DNA of 64,000 nt from Nitrospiraceae bacterium (lineage in GTDB: Bacteria; Nitrospirota; Nitrospiria; Nitrospirales; Nitrospiraceae): contig JBFWWG010000002.1 in NCBI GenBank assembly GCA_050246315.1, positions 128,001 to 192,000 of the forward strand. Direction: 5' to 3'. Positions 1 to 10,374 of the stretch are shown here, piece by piece. Made by a program: the position numbers and the translations under genes. Under the pieces are notes generated by a model. The model was not told where the DNA came from, did no database searches, and saw only the letters and a list, made by a program, of their open reading frames with translations. Each line of letters begins with the position of its first letter. Positions within the stretch are counted from its first letter, which is position 1.

Positions 1-57
1 GTGAAGAGCGCGGTTCGGGGGCGATCTGTCACGTTCCTCGACTGAAGCCCCGACGCG

Positions 58-234
58 TCATTTTTTTCTGTACACGTTCAGGCCGACCTTCTCTTGCCGG
101 TTCGGAATAGTCACATTCCCCTCTGTCGAGGCGATGATGATGGTCTTGCCGGAGGCCGAGGGCCCGAACTCTTTTGACAGGTCCACCTTGATCGTCAGCG
201 TTGATCCCTCCACATTCATCTCCACATTTTTCAT
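58..234 (-). CDS. small conserved hypothetical protein (58 aa), missing from the ORF track
   Basis: Hand translation MKNVEMNVEGSTLTIKVDLSKEFGPSASGKTIIIASTEGNVTIPNRQEKVGLNVYRKK*; GGAGG RBS upstream. Confidence 0.8.
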   Translation of the reverse strand: MKNVEMNVEGSTLTIKVDLSKEFGPSASGKTIIIASTEGNVTIPNRQEKVGLNVYRKK

Positions 235-365
235 GGTATCGCCTCCCTCACCGCCGTTAGCCGCACCACCAGGACTTTCGGTTCATGACATCAGAGATCC
301 TTCTCAACCCTCTTTATCCATGAGCATCCATCGACACCCAGATTGCATCCTGATTCCCTTTTCTT

Positions 366-611
366 TCAGCTCCACAATTTGAGCCAAACATAGGGCGTCA
401 GGTAATACGCCACGGCTGACATGAGTACCGCCAGGGCGATTCCGAACAATCCCATGATCCATAAACCGACGAACGGCAGTAGGAAGACGATCAGGATCAT
501 CGCAATCGCGATGGGCGTGTGGCGTTCATAGAACTCCCTGCGCTGGGCAGCCCTCAGGGAGGTGATGAAGGACAATTCGGAAGCACGCGTCATCCGGTCA
601 GGAGAATCCAT
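366..611 (-). CDS. small membrane protein (about 2 TM)
   Basis: 81 aa ORF with a hydrophobic C-terminal half. Confidence 0.65.
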   Translation of the reverse strand: MDSPDRMTRASELSFITSLRAAQRREFYERHTPIAIAMILIVFLLPFVGLWIMGLFGIALAVLMSAVAYYLTPYVWLKLWS

Positions 612-690
612 TTCACGGGGTTGAAATTGCAGCCTCGACGCTCAAGCCCTCGCGTACGCAGATCGCGGAACCGTTCCTGAATCGCTCCGG

Positions 691-1113
691 CTACAGAGAG
701 AAGCCCCACGCATGGGCATGGAAGGTCAACGTGCCAGGACCGGCCTTCCGTTGGACGCGAAATACCAATTGTTCGCCGGGCCGAATCGGAATCGGGCCTT
801 GTATGAGGCCGACATATCGCCCGAGACCGTTCTGATTGAGACCCCCGGATTGTACGATTGGGACGTCGATTCGATCCTCGATAGTGGGCGGGATCGGAGG
901 ATCACTGGGATTGGGACCTCGCACCACCATGCTGACACACAGATTCTCTTGCGGTGCATCCTCCATGATCATGACGCTGGCCAGTTGAAGCACGAAGGAT
1001 TTCGTCTTGAGATCGATGAGGACGAGCTCCTCCGCAACATTGTTCCCTCCAGTCCCAAGCGAGGCGCTTCGGCGGACAATGTTTTTAGGAATACCGAGAA
1101 ATTGTTCCGGCAT
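691..1113 (-). CDS. hypothetical protein
   Basis: AAGGAGG RBS before ATG at 1113; beta-rich, protein-like composition. Confidence 0.65.
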   Translation of the reverse strand: MPEQFLGIPKNIVRRSASLGTGGNNVAEELVLIDLKTKSFVLQLASVMIMEDAPQENLCVSMVVRGPNPSDPPIPPTIEDRIDVPIVQSGGLNQNGLGRYVGLIQGPIPIRPGEQLVFRVQRKAGPGTLTFHAHAWGFSL

Positions 1114-1264
1114 GGACACCTCCTTGGTCGTGCAGGATCCGACTCTGACTCATCAAGATATTTCGCAATACATGTGGCGTCGTCGCGGTCGCGACGTGAC
1201 CTCAGCTAGTGATTCCCCATCTCGCGCCGCACAACCTATTGACTCCGTAGACCACCAGAGCATG

Positions 1265-1870
1265 TCATCGCGCCATCTGTCCCTGGATAAAGACCGACTG
1301 CTCCAGAGTCCGGAAAAATTGTTGGTAGGGTTCGGGAGTCTCGACGGCCCGTAGGTAGAACTGGGTGCTCGCTCGCACCACGAGTTGTGATTCGTCTCGG
1401 GTTCGCACTGTGACGGTGAGTCGCACGAGGTCGCTGCGGTTCCAGAAGGGCCCCCAAGTGCGATAATTTCTGGTCAGAAACAGCAGCGTATCCGGACGGT
1501 AGAGGAGATAGGAAGGGTCCGGTCCGACTCGCGAGCGTTCCAGATCGACGTATTTCTTGCCGGAGACGATCCCCAGCGCTTCGTCCAGGACTTCGATCTT
1601 GAAATCCAAATCCTGCATCGTGGCCACGATGGCCTGCAACAGGTTCGTACGGTCTGTCGTCTCGTAGACGCGGGTTTGCCCCGCCCGCACCTTGACCTGA
1701 CTTGCTTCCGATAGCCAGATCTGCTCGCGAGCATTCCACTGGTTCTCATGCCGCCATTCATAAGGCGAGCAACCTTGGGACATCAGTCCAAGCGAAATGA
1801 TCGATGCATAGATGAGGCCTCTGGCGGACGGAGAGGATCTCGTCGCGCATTCTCGATGTCGGACGGCCAT
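1265..1870 (-). CDS. lipoprotein, paralogue C of a three-gene family
   Basis: Lipobox SQGC; QTRxYET..MQDLDF motif and YQQFF motif shared with neighbours. Confidence 0.8.
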   Translation of the reverse strand: MAVRHRECATRSSPSARGLIYASIISLGLMSQGCSPYEWRHENQWNAREQIWLSEASQVKVRAGQTRVYETTDRTNLLQAIVATMQDLDFKIEVLDEALGIVSGKKYVDLERSRVGPDPSYLLYRPDTLLFLTRNYRTWGPFWNRSDLVRLTVTVRTRDESQLVVRASTQFYLRAVETPEPYQQFFRTLEQSVFIQGQMAR

Positions 1871-1888
1871 AACCTCTGTTGGTCTCCT

Positions 1889-2335
1889 TTACCTCCGCTC
1901 TTCCCGACCGAGGAACAGCGACCGTTCCAACGAGGCAAAGAAATTCTGATAGACTTTGGGATCCTCAATGGGCCGATTGTTGTAGATGGCATTGACGCGG
2001 ATCATCATGCGTTCATCACCTTCCGGACGCACGGTGACGGTCACGCTCACGACGTCGTAATAGTTGGGCTCAGCGAACCGGGCCGCCGTCACCAACCCCA
2101 GCGGTTCGTTGGCGCGTTCGATGATGAAGCCCAAGTCTTGCAACGCGGCGATGACCCCGCGGATAGCAAGGTTTCGGTCTCTTGTCTCAAACGACCTGCT
2201 CTGCAAACTCCGGATCTTCATCTGCGCGTCCGTCGGCGCCAACAGCTCTTGCGTAGGCTGCGGCGTCTCACACCCATATAACAGGAAGGCCCCCACGAGG
2301 ATGACGGCTGCACAGACCATTTGATGGCGACTCAT
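1889..2335 (-). CDS. lipoprotein, paralogue B
   Basis: Lipobox LYGC; QSRSFET..LQDLGF and YQNFF motifs. Confidence 0.8.
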   Translation of the reverse strand: MSRHQMVCAAVILVGAFLLYGCETPQPTQELLAPTDAQMKIRSLQSRSFETRDRNLAIRGVIAALQDLGFIIERANEPLGLVTAARFAEPNYYDVVSVTVTVRPEGDERMMIRVNAIYNNRPIEDPKVYQNFFASLERSLFLGREERR

Positions 2336-2356
2336 GTGCCCTCTCGAATGCGCTCG

Positions 2357-2956
2357 CTATATGGTAAAGGCTTCCAAAAAGACGGCCTTTGACAATTTGG
2401 CGAAGAACTGTTGATAAATTTCCGGGTCTCGGATCATCTCCATATACTGTTCCCCCGGCGGAATATATTGCCGATCGGCCTGTCCGTCCCCCTTCCACAC
2501 CACCCGATAGAACATGATGCGCACTTCCTGTCTGGTCGTCTCAGCATTCAAGGGCCTGGTGATCAAGGAAGCGGCGATCTTCTGGTGCAAATCGACCGGC
2601 ATCTGCAAGTGTCCGAGCGATAACAGCAAAGCCAGCACCCGTTGGATATCCTGGCCGTACTCGCGAGCGCTCCGTTCCTTTGTCGCACGAAGAAAGCCCA
2701 CTTCCTTGACGCTTTCCTCCACCTGAAAGCCAAGATCCTGGAGTACGGCGGCGGAGGCTGAGAGCAATTCCAGCTCGTTGGGCGTTTCGAAGAACCGGGT
2801 CTGCATTGCTCGGTTTCTTGGAATCTCCGGCGACAGAGCAAAGAAATCAGCCGGCTGTGTCTCTGGAGCGCAGCCGGCCGCCGTGGCCACCAGCAGGCAC
2901 AGGATCACGGGCAATCCCACGCCTATGGCGAGCGGTCTCCCAGGCTGTCGGCTCAT
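2357..2956 (-). CDS. lipoprotein, paralogue A
   Basis: Start moved to MSRQPG; lipobox AAGC; QTRFFET..LQDLGF and YQQFF motifs. Confidence 0.8.
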   Translation of the reverse strand: MSRQPGRPLAIGVGLPVILCLLVATAAGCAPETQPADFFALSPEIPRNRAMQTRFFETPNELELLSASAAVLQDLGFQVEESVKEVGFLRATKERSAREYGQDIQRVLALLLSLGHLQMPVDLHQKIAASLITRPLNAETTRQEVRIMFYRVVWKGDGQADRQYIPPGEQYMEMIRDPEIYQQFFAKLSKAVFLEAFTI

Positions 2957-2981
2957 GCGAGCCGAACCGTGGTGGGAGCGG

Positions 2982-3389
2982 CTAAAACTGAGTCGCGTTG
3001 TACGCAAAGTCTCGGACCTTCTTCTCTTCGTCGTATTTGATGATGATGGTGAGTGTGCGTTGGCGTTGTGAACTGGAGCTGTCCTGAGCACTGGTCCCCA
3101 GGATGATGAGGCCGGCGAAGGAGGAACTGCTGGTATCGACCCGGTCTGTGGACACTTTATCGTAGATCCAGACTTCTCGGCGTTTGTCGTCGGTTGTGAC
3201 GATATTGGGCGAGCCGAGAATTTGCGCGACTTCGGCAGCGCTGATGCCGACCTTGATCTCGCCTTGAACCTTCCCAACGGTCAGGCGGTCTTCCTTGATT
3301 TCGGCCCGTTCCGAACTGCAGCCGGTCCATGCTCCCAGTAACCCGATCGAGAGACACCATCCCAGCACCACCCTGCTCGCTTTCATCAT
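2982..3389 (-). CDS. SmpA/OmlA (BamE-like) lipoprotein
   Basis: Lipobox WTGC; IKVGISAAEVAQILGSP..EVWIY..TLTIIIKYDEEKKV matches the BamE/BLIP-fold pattern. Confidence 0.75.
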   Translation of the reverse strand: MMKASRVVLGWCLSIGLLGAWTGCSSERAEIKEDRLTVGKVQGEIKVGISAAEVAQILGSPNIVTTDDKRREVWIYDKVSTDRVDTSSSSFAGLIILGTSAQDSSSSQRQRTLTIIIKYDEEKKVRDFAYNATQF

Positions 3390-4002
3390 GCTTACCCTTT
3401 CTGGGCTCTCCCCTCTACCCACATGTTTCATGAACGCTCCTGCTGGCCAGGCCCATTACGACAGAAGAGCATGGGCGCCTCGATGCGTTGCTGCGACGAT
3501 ATCGGTCAATGGTCACAATCTTCTCCGCCGCGAGATGATCGTACGCAGCGACCCAACCGAATCCAGGTATGGCAGCCGGGCTCGCCGCTCAGTCCCTCGC
3601 CGCACTGTTGCAATTACGCCTCAGCCCTTCACGGCTGTGCCTACCCGTCACGCCTCACGACTGCCGCTACCCGTTGCTGCTTCATGTGCAACGCGACGAA
3701 GCGTCCTGAAGAATGCAGGCTAAAGCCTCTGCGCCAGAGGAAATACGCTGTTTGCTTCACGAAATCAACAGGACTGAGCTGAATGACCCGTCGTGACGGC
3801 GATAAAACCCCGGTCGGCGGCCATGCTCGTCGGTCTCAGGTCGAATGCCAGCCCTACCCAAACTTTCCGGGCACTTTCCCCTCCTTCTGTGCTCCTTCCC
3901 GATTCTGGCCGGGCTCCCCTATGCTCTAGCCACATGTACTCCGAACCGCCGCTCACTCCTCGACGCGCATCGGACCGAGGGTAATATGCAGGGAGAACAA
4001 AC

Positions 4003-4614
4003 ATGACCCGCAAGTACCCACAGATACCTCGTTTCCCAAGCGTGATGGCGCTCAGCTTCCTCCTCACCGGATGCCTGTCCACTCCCTCTGTCCCGCCCGT
4101 ACCCTCCACGATCGTCAAGGTTGTGGCGCAACGACTTCCCGAAAGAGGCACTCGGGTCATCGTCTGGGATGTGGCTCATCCTCGTCGAGACGCATCTGAG
4201 GCAGCGCAGGCCGCCATTTTCGAGTTACTGGGAAAAGAGATGATCGTCACCGAGCGAGCCGAAATCGAACGCTTGTTACACATTCAAAAGTTTTCGCTGA
4301 CGCATGGGGCCGAAGACACGATTCTGCGTGTCGGACGGTTGATGAATGCTCAACAGATCGTGTTTGTACGACAAGAAGACGGCCATGTTCATCTCCGGGG
4401 AGTCGATGCCGAAAGCGGGCGCATACTGTGGACCGGCGAAGGCTGGACCGTCACGCCTCGATACTCTCGATACGGGTACATGCGGCACGACCGGTGGGCT
4501 GACGAAGGCGCCAAGATCATCCACGCCATTCTTGCGGAACTGTGGAAGCAGGACGAGCAAATTCCCACGCAAACTGCTGGAGGACCCGATCCCAGCATGT
4601 CTGCTCGCCGGTAG
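4003..4614 (+). CDS. lipoprotein with a CsgG/HfaB-like domain
   Basis: Lipobox LTGC; VTERAEIERLL..LRVGRLMNAQQIV..GVDAESGRILW pattern. Confidence 0.6.
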   Translation: MTRKYPQIPRFPSVMALSFLLTGCLSTPSVPPVPSTIVKVVAQRLPERGTRVIVWDVAHPRRDASEAAQAAIFELLGKEMIVTERAEIERLLHIQKFSLTHGAEDTILRVGRLMNAQQIVFVRQEDGHVHLRGVDAESGRILWTGEGWTVTPRYSRYGYMRHDRWADEGAKIIHAILAELWKQDEQIPTQTAGGPDPSMSARR

Positions 4615-4939
4615 GTTGAGAGTGCTCATCACTCTGACGCCGTTGCATGAGCCTCGATCGCCTGCATTGGTGATCGACGTTGCCTGTCCCACTGGGTCTG
4701 TCAGATGCCGGACCGCAAGCCACGTTCATCGTCACTGCCCGCATTCACCCATCTGGCCCGCCCGCTTCGTGCGCTGATCGAGACCACAAGACGCTTCTCT
4801 GGATGTTGTGCCCGCCGTCCCTCCAAGGCAGGGACTCACCTACCAATGCCCGATGGTTGCCACGCGATCCATTTCGATACCCTGACACAGCTTTGAAGTG
4901 GCCGCCTATCAGGAAAGCGATGACTTCCTCGAACCTCAA

Positions 4940-5377
4940 ATGCTGCGACTGGCCCTAACGACCGCGAGTTACATGGGACTGTTGACGCTCTTGGCCGTCG
5001 CCACGCCTGGAGTCGGCCTGGTTGGCGCCGGCATCTCGATCGTGCCTGATCATCTTCGCGGGTGGGCTCATGTCCCGATGTATGGAGGGCTTGCCTGGCT
5101 GGTGATCTACTCCGCACGAGCACGCGGGTGGCCGGTCGCCTCGGCGGTGATTGTCGGAGTAGCTTTCTCGATGACGTTCGGAGTCTGGATGGAATTGGCG
5201 CAGATCTCGGCGCCAGGCAGAGAACCTTCAATCGAGGATCTCCTCTTCGACGGTTTGGGCGTCATCATGGCGGCACTGTGTGCCGTGGGATTCGCAACCT
5301 GGCGCATAACCGGATGGCTGCCCTTCATCCTCGGATTCAAACCGGCAGCGCTTTCACATGATAGGAGCGCACGATGA
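4940..5377 (+). CDS. VanZ-family membrane protein
   Basis: AHxxxYGGL..ELAQISAPGREPSIEDLLFDGLG motif; start uncertain (4898 is the alternative). Confidence 0.75.
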   Translation: MLRLALTTASYMGLLTLLAVATPGVGLVGAGISIVPDHLRGWAHVPMYGGLAWLVIYSARARGWPVASAVIVGVAFSMTFGVWMELAQISAPGREPSIEDLLFDGLGVIMAALCAVGFATWRITGWLPFILGFKPAALSHDRSAR

Positions 5378-5715
5378 TATCTCACTTACACCGACGCACC
5401 GGCAGACGAACGATTCTGAACTGTGCGGTGTACTATTCTAACGAGGGCTTCCACGCCAGCGGTCGGACGGGCAATCTCTCCCGCACGGGAGGCTGTGTCG
5501 AGGGGACCGAGCCGGTCAGGCCCGGGATGAGGCTCTCCGTCCTGGTCATTCCGCCCGATCCGCACGATTCGATCTGGGTCGCGGGGGCCACGGTACGATG
5601 GTGTCGAGGAACACAGTTCGGCGTTGAATTGACCGACATGCCCCTGGGTTCGCAAATGCGACTCGCCCGACTGGTAGCTTTCCACGGCCCGAGGCTCTGG
5701 GCCAGCATGGCCTGA
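5374..5715 (+). CDS. PilZ-domain protein
   Basis: RRxxR and NLSxxG motifs; ATVRW..FGVE. Confidence 0.8.
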   Translation: MISHLHRRTGRRTILNCAVYYSNEGFHASGRTGNLSRTGGCVEGTEPVRPGMRLSVLVIPPDPHDSIWVAGATVRWCRGTQFGVELTDMPLGSQMRLARLVAFHGPRLWASMA

Positions 5716-5758
5716 TCACGCCGGTCCCAGGTCACCGGCATTGTGTCCATGCACGATC

Positions 5759-6436
5759 TCACGGCAGATCGCTCGACCCCTCTTCACGCAGCTCATCCGG
5801 TAGCTCGTTCGGATTTTCGTCCGGTCGTGACGGCGCGACCTCTGCCAGGAAGGCTCCGCAGCGCACGATAGCCTCGCATATCGCGTCGGTAGCCCGCCCC
5901 TGCTGGATACCTTCCACAATGTCGCGCACGAGGTTGTTCCAAGTGCCGGAGGGTACCCGTTCGTTGATTCGGTGATCGGCAAGGACCTGTACCCGCCGCT
6001 CGAATAATGAGATCAGAATCAGCATGCCGGTGCCAGCCTTCGTCTGATGTAACCCCTCTTGATAGAAAAGCTGTTCGGCGCGCAGCCGGACTTTTTGAGC
6101 CATCCTCACATCCGACACGACTAAGTGAATGACCGAGGGGAACCGTCCAAGCCACTCGCCGATCCAATAGGCGACGATGACTCCCAATAACAGCAGGCCC
6201 GCGTTGCCCGCGTGCCATCCCCAAGGAAGCCAGGCAGATTCGATGGTCAGTAGGAGCGCGAGCGTCAGCCAAGCCAGGACCAGCCCGGACCGAAAGCCGG
6301 CTTCTCGATATCGGGCAGAGTTCGACACGACCATCGGCACAATCTCAGCGGATGTGCCCTGCTCCGCCTGTTCGACCGCGGCTTTGATCCGCTCGCGATC
6401 GGCATCGGTAAAGGTGATCTTGCGCGTGGATTTCAT
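5759..6436 (-). CDS. TPM-domain membrane protein
   Basis: AEQGTSAEIV..VLADHRINERV..NPNELPD. Confidence 0.85.
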   Translation of the reverse strand: MKSTRKITFTDADRERIKAAVEQAEQGTSAEIVPMVVSNSARYREAGFRSGLVLAWLTLALLLTIESAWLPWGWHAGNAGLLLLGVIVAYWIGEWLGRFPSVIHLVVSDVRMAQKVRLRAEQLFYQEGLHQTKAGTGMLILISLFERRVQVLADHRINERVPSGTWNNLVRDIVEGIQQGRATDAICEAIVRCGAFLAEVAPSRPDENPNELPDELREEGSSDLP

Positions 6437-6454
6437 GGTCGATGAGCCACCCGG

Positions 6455-7423
6455 TTACCAACTTCCGGAGGCGCCTCCTCCACCGGCATCGCCTCCGCCT
6501 CCTGAAAAGCTGTCGCCGCCTCCAAAGCCGCCGCCGAATCCGCCGCCCGATCCTTCGAGCCAGCTCCTGTCGATCCCTCCAGGAACCCAGATGACGTCCG
6601 ACTCTCGCCCAAGGTTCCGCCGGGTGCCGCGCCCGCCGCCCGCCGCCCCTAGCGTCAGCGCAATCAGCAACGATGTGACGACGGCTGCACCCAAACCGGC
6701 CGGGAGGCTTGCTGACTGTGCGATGAGGAAGGCCAGAAGACTGCCGAGGAACGCTCGCATCCGCCGCCGTCCTTGGCTTAGGACGAGTCCGGCTAGGGTC
6801 CCCACGACGATGCCGAGACCGACGGATTGTAGGGCAGTCGCAAATTCACCGGATTCCGCTGGACGTTGTAGGCGATCCGACGCCGCAGAGGTGCCTTCGA
6901 TCGTCTTGAGGGTCGCCTCGACACCGGCCGTGATCCCGCCGACAAAATCACCGGCCTGAAAACGAGGCACGATTTCATTCCGAATGATCTGAGCGGATCG
7001 AATATCGGTCAGCGTGCCCTCCAGGCCATACCCGACCTCGATGCGGATTTTGCGATCCTTGATCGCCACGAGAAGCAGGGCGCCGTTGTCCATCCCCTTC
7101 TGTCCCAGTTTCCACGTTGTGATCACCTGATGGGCATAGGGTTCCAACGGGGCTCCTTCAAGAGACGGAAGAATGAGCACAGCCACCTGATTGCCTGTGG
7201 TCTCTTCGTGAGCCTTGAGCGCGGTGGTGAGGATCGAGATTGTCTGTGCCGACAAGACGCCTGCAAGATCCACAATTCGACCGGTGAGCGAAGGCACCTC
7301 TAATGCGAAGGATCGAGCGACCGTGATCTGCAGGATAACGACCGCCACGAACAAGGCACCGACTCTACTCCCCCGGCCGACGTGTGTTCGGGTGAGAGGC
7401 AGGGGTCTGCGCTGTTCCGCCAT
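6455..7423 (-). CDS. TPM-domain (YgcG-like) protein
   Basis: DRKIRIEVGYGLEG motif; Gly-rich tail ending GGGGASGSW. Confidence 0.9.
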   Translation of the reverse strand: MAEQRRPLPLTRTHVGRGSRVGALFVAVVILQITVARSFALEVPSLTGRIVDLAGVLSAQTISILTTALKAHEETTGNQVAVLILPSLEGAPLEPYAHQVITTWKLGQKGMDNGALLLVAIKDRKIRIEVGYGLEGTLTDIRSAQIIRNEIVPRFQAGDFVGGITAGVEATLKTIEGTSAASDRLQRPAESGEFATALQSVGLGIVVGTLAGLVLSQGRRRMRAFLGSLLAFLIAQSASLPAGLGAAVVTSLLIALTLGAAGGGRGTRRNLGRESDVIWVPGGIDRSWLEGSGGGFGGGFGGGDSFSGGGGDAGGGGASGSW

Positions 7424-7463
7424 GTGCCTCACGGGTATGATTCCGGTCGATCGAACGCCGGGT

Positions 7464-8066
7464 CTAAAACCTCACATCCGGAGGCGTTGCCACGGCTTTT
7501 TCATCGGCTGCCGCGAAGTTAGGTCTTTCTTCCAGATGAAGAAGGTACTTTGCCGTCAAATTGGTGGGGAAGAACCGCACGCCCTTGTTGTATTCGGCGA
7601 CACGGTCGATATATCGTTTGCGGGCCACGGTGATGCGATTCTCCGTGCCTTCCAGTTGCGCCTGGAGATCGCGAAAATTCTGATCAGCCTTCAGGTTCGG
7701 ATAACTCTCGGCAATCGCGATCAATCGACCCAGCGCCGACGAAACGCCGGCCTGCGCTTGCTGGAACTGTTTGAACGCGGCCGGATCATTCAAGGTTTGG
7801 GGAGTGACCTGGATACTGGTCGCCTTCGCGCGCGCTGAGACCACGCTTTCCAGCGTGTCCTTTTCGTGCGCAGCATAGCCTTTGACAGTCGCCACAAGAT
7901 TGGGAATCAGATCCGCCCGTCGCTGATACTGATTGATGACCTCGCTCCATGCGGCTTTCGTATCCTCATCCAACCCCTGCAAGTCGTTATAGCCGCATCC
8001 CGTGATCAGGCTTACCACAACCGCCAGCGTGACAGCCACGGCACCGGCTGTTGATCTCCGCCTCAT
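7464..8066 (-). CDS. lemA: LemA family protein
   Basis: YQRRADLIPNLV, YPNLKA, LEGTENRI; AAGGAGG RBS. Confidence 0.92.
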   Translation of the reverse strand: MRRRSTAGAVAVTLAVVVSLITGCGYNDLQGLDEDTKAAWSEVINQYQRRADLIPNLVATVKGYAAHEKDTLESVVSARAKATSIQVTPQTLNDPAAFKQFQQAQAGVSSALGRLIAIAESYPNLKADQNFRDLQAQLEGTENRITVARKRYIDRVAEYNKGVRFFPTNLTAKYLLHLEERPNFAAADEKAVATPPDVRF

Positions 8067-8154
8067 GGACACCCTCCTTGATAGTCGTTCATCTTCATAT
8101 GATTTTGTCGGTGCGGGTGTCACCATTATGCCATGACAGTGCTACAATTGTTGC

Positions 8155-8586
8155 ATGGCGGTGTCCCGTGGCTCGCACCCTTCTGCTATACAAGATCAGG
8201 TGAGGCGCAAGATTGAGTCGCTGCGACGAGCCCTCCTGGACCTGCACAAAGCGCTCATCGAAGCGGAGCGTGTGACTTACGAACGCATTCACGGTCGTGT
8301 GGATTCGACCGGCCAACTCCTCCAACTGGTCCTGCACGATGGCTGGTTCACCTGGCTCCATCCGCTCTCGCAGTTGGTCGTTCGGATCGATGAGTTGCTG
8401 GACGACAAGGAGCAGGACACCATCGTCGACATCGAACTCGTGCTGACAGAAATCCGCGCCCTGCTCCGCCCATCGGTTGAGGGCGATGGATTCGCCCGCA
8501 GCTATTACGAAGCTCTCCAACGGGCCCCCGATGTGGTCCTCGCCCATTCACAAGTGAAGCAACTGCTCAGCCCCGCTCGTCGTTAA
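8155..8586 (+). CDS. conserved hypothetical helical protein
   Basis: 143 aa, LHKALIEAER..FTWLHPLSQLVVRIDE; coding-like composition. Confidence 0.7.
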   Translation: MAVSRGSHPSAIQDQVRRKIESLRRALLDLHKALIEAERVTYERIHGRVDSTGQLLQLVLHDGWFTWLHPLSQLVVRIDELLDDKEQDTIVDIELVLTEIRALLRPSVEGDGFARSYYEALQRAPDVVLAHSQVKQLLSPARR

Positions 8587-8697
8587 GAGCAGAATAGAGA
8601 GTGGTGATCGCCGCGGCGATGGGTAGGCACGGTGCACCAGTCTGTCCTCGGGGTGATCGCTTGCATCACCGGCCAGCTTTTGGCTATTCTCCGCGCG

Positions 8698-10341
8698 ATG
8701 ACCGAACGTCTCGCGCTCCAGGTCCTGCTTGCCGGCGCGAGCGGACTCCTCCTCCCCTTCTGCTTCCCCGATCAGCAGTGGTTTCCGCTCGCCTGGGCGG
8801 CCTTGATTCCGCTCCACCTGGCTGTTGAGCGGGCCGGACCTAAACGAGCATTCTTCGTCTCTTGGTTCGCCGGCACCCTCGCCTTTCTCGGCATCATGGT
8901 GTGGGTCGTCACTGCCATGCACGTGTACGGCAAGGTTCCGCTCTTCCCCAGTTACGGAGTGTTGGTTCTGTTTTCCCTGTACCTCGGCCTCTATGTCGCC
9001 TTTTACGGATGGGGCATCGCCCGCGTCTCTCAAGGCAAGCCGAGCTTGATGTGGCTGGCGGCGCCGTCGCTCTGGGTCCTGCTGGAGCTGGTGCGCACCT
9101 ATTTTCTCACCGGCATCCCCTGGGCCCTGCTCGGGTACTCGCAAACGACATGGCTGCCGATCATCCAGATCGCCGACCTCACCGGAGTGTACGGTGTCTC
9201 TTGGCTTATCGTGCTCGGCAACGTCGGGTTGTTGACCATGGTGCGTCTCCTCTCCAAACGAGGCCGCCAATTCCTGGGACCCTCCGCATGGATGGCACCG
9301 GTGATGGCAGGGTTCGCCCTCGTGGGTGTTTGGAGCTATGGCATCCAGGCACTCGGTCAATCCGACACGGATCTCCACTCCAAGCAACCGGACGGCAGCG
9401 GCGAGGATTCGCGCCACATCACGATCGGACTCGTCCAAGCCGACATCGATCAAGGACAGAAATGGGACGAGCGATTCCGCCAAGACACGATTGAACGCTA
9501 CCAGCGCCTGACACGTGCGGCCGGACGCAACGTGGACCTTCTTGTGTGGCCGGAGGCCGCAACCCCCTTCATCTATGAAATGGAAGGGGCCTATCAGAAA
9601 ACCGTGAGCGGCCTGATTCAGCAATTGGACACCCCGCTGCTCTTCGGGAGCCCGGCCGTGCGGCGCTATCCGGACGGCCGTCCCTATCTCTTAAACAGCG
9701 CCTACCTATTGTCGCCGGTCGGCAATATCGTCGGCCGTTACGACAAGCAACATCTCGTCCCGTTCGGCGAATACATCCCGTTTCAGCATTCGCTGCTCTT
9801 TTTTCTCGACAAACTGGTGGAAGGGATCGGCGACTTTGAGGCTGGCATCGACGCGACGGTGCTCGCCGTGCCCCAGCGCATTCCACGTCCGAGCGAGGTA
9901 CCGGGGCGACCGGTTCCGTTGGAGAAGGGCGCATTCGGAGTGGTGATTTGTTACGAGGTCATCTTTCCCGAATTGGTACGGCAATTCGCCGCGCAAGGAG
10001 CCGATTTCATGGTGACGATCACGAATGATGCCTGGTTCGGACATTCGGCCGCTCCCTATCAGCACTTCGATATGGTCGTCTTCCGAGCGGTCGAGAACCG
10101 ACGTGCCTTCGCCCGCGCAGCCAATACAGGCGTGTCAGGATTCATCGATCCTTACGGGCGCGTCCTCCAGGCTAGTCCCATCTTCACGGAGCAGGCCATG
10201 ACCGGCAATCTGCCGCTGGTACGCACCAAGACCTTCTATACGGAGCACGGTGACCTCTTTGCCTACGCCTGTGTTATAATCGCCGGGCTCTGTCTGTTGA
10301 TGAGCCGGCCCCAGTCATCAGCCGCACGTCGCGGCTGGTGA
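8698..10341 (+). CDS. lnt: apolipoprotein N-acyltransferase
   Basis: WPEAA, YDKQHLVPFGEYIP, ICYE, TNDAWFG, ANTGVS; start approximate. Confidence 0.95.
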   Translation: MTERLALQVLLAGASGLLLPFCFPDQQWFPLAWAALIPLHLAVERAGPKRAFFVSWFAGTLAFLGIMVWVVTAMHVYGKVPLFPSYGVLVLFSLYLGLYVAFYGWGIARVSQGKPSLMWLAAPSLWVLLELVRTYFLTGIPWALLGYSQTTWLPIIQIADLTGVYGVSWLIVLGNVGLLTMVRLLSKRGRQFLGPSAWMAPVMAGFALVGVWSYGIQALGQSDTDLHSKQPDGSGEDSRHITIGLVQADIDQGQKWDERFRQDTIERYQRLTRAAGRNVDLLVWPEAATPFIYEMEGAYQKTVSGLIQQLDTPLLFGSPAVRRYPDGRPYLLNSAYLLSPVGNIVGRYDKQHLVPFGEYIPFQHSLLFFLDKLVEGIGDFEAGIDATVLAVPQRIPRPSEVPGRPVPLEKGAFGVVICYEVIFPELVRQFAAQGADFMVTITNDAWFGHSAAPYQHFDMVVFRAVENRRAFARAANTGVSGFIDPYGRVLQASPIFTEQAMTGNLPLVRTKTFYTEHGDLFAYACVIIAGLCLLMSRPQSSAARRGW

Positions 10342-10374
10342 AGTCAGGGCCCTACCCCCACAAAGGATCGACGT

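Noticed and set aside
2357..3277. 306-aa version of lipoprotein A
   Set aside because: Overlaps the BamE-like gene; the signal peptide and lipobox imply a start at 2956
6460..6560. CCG/CCT-rich repeat-like tract
   Set aside because: Encodes the normal Gly-rich tail of the TPM protein
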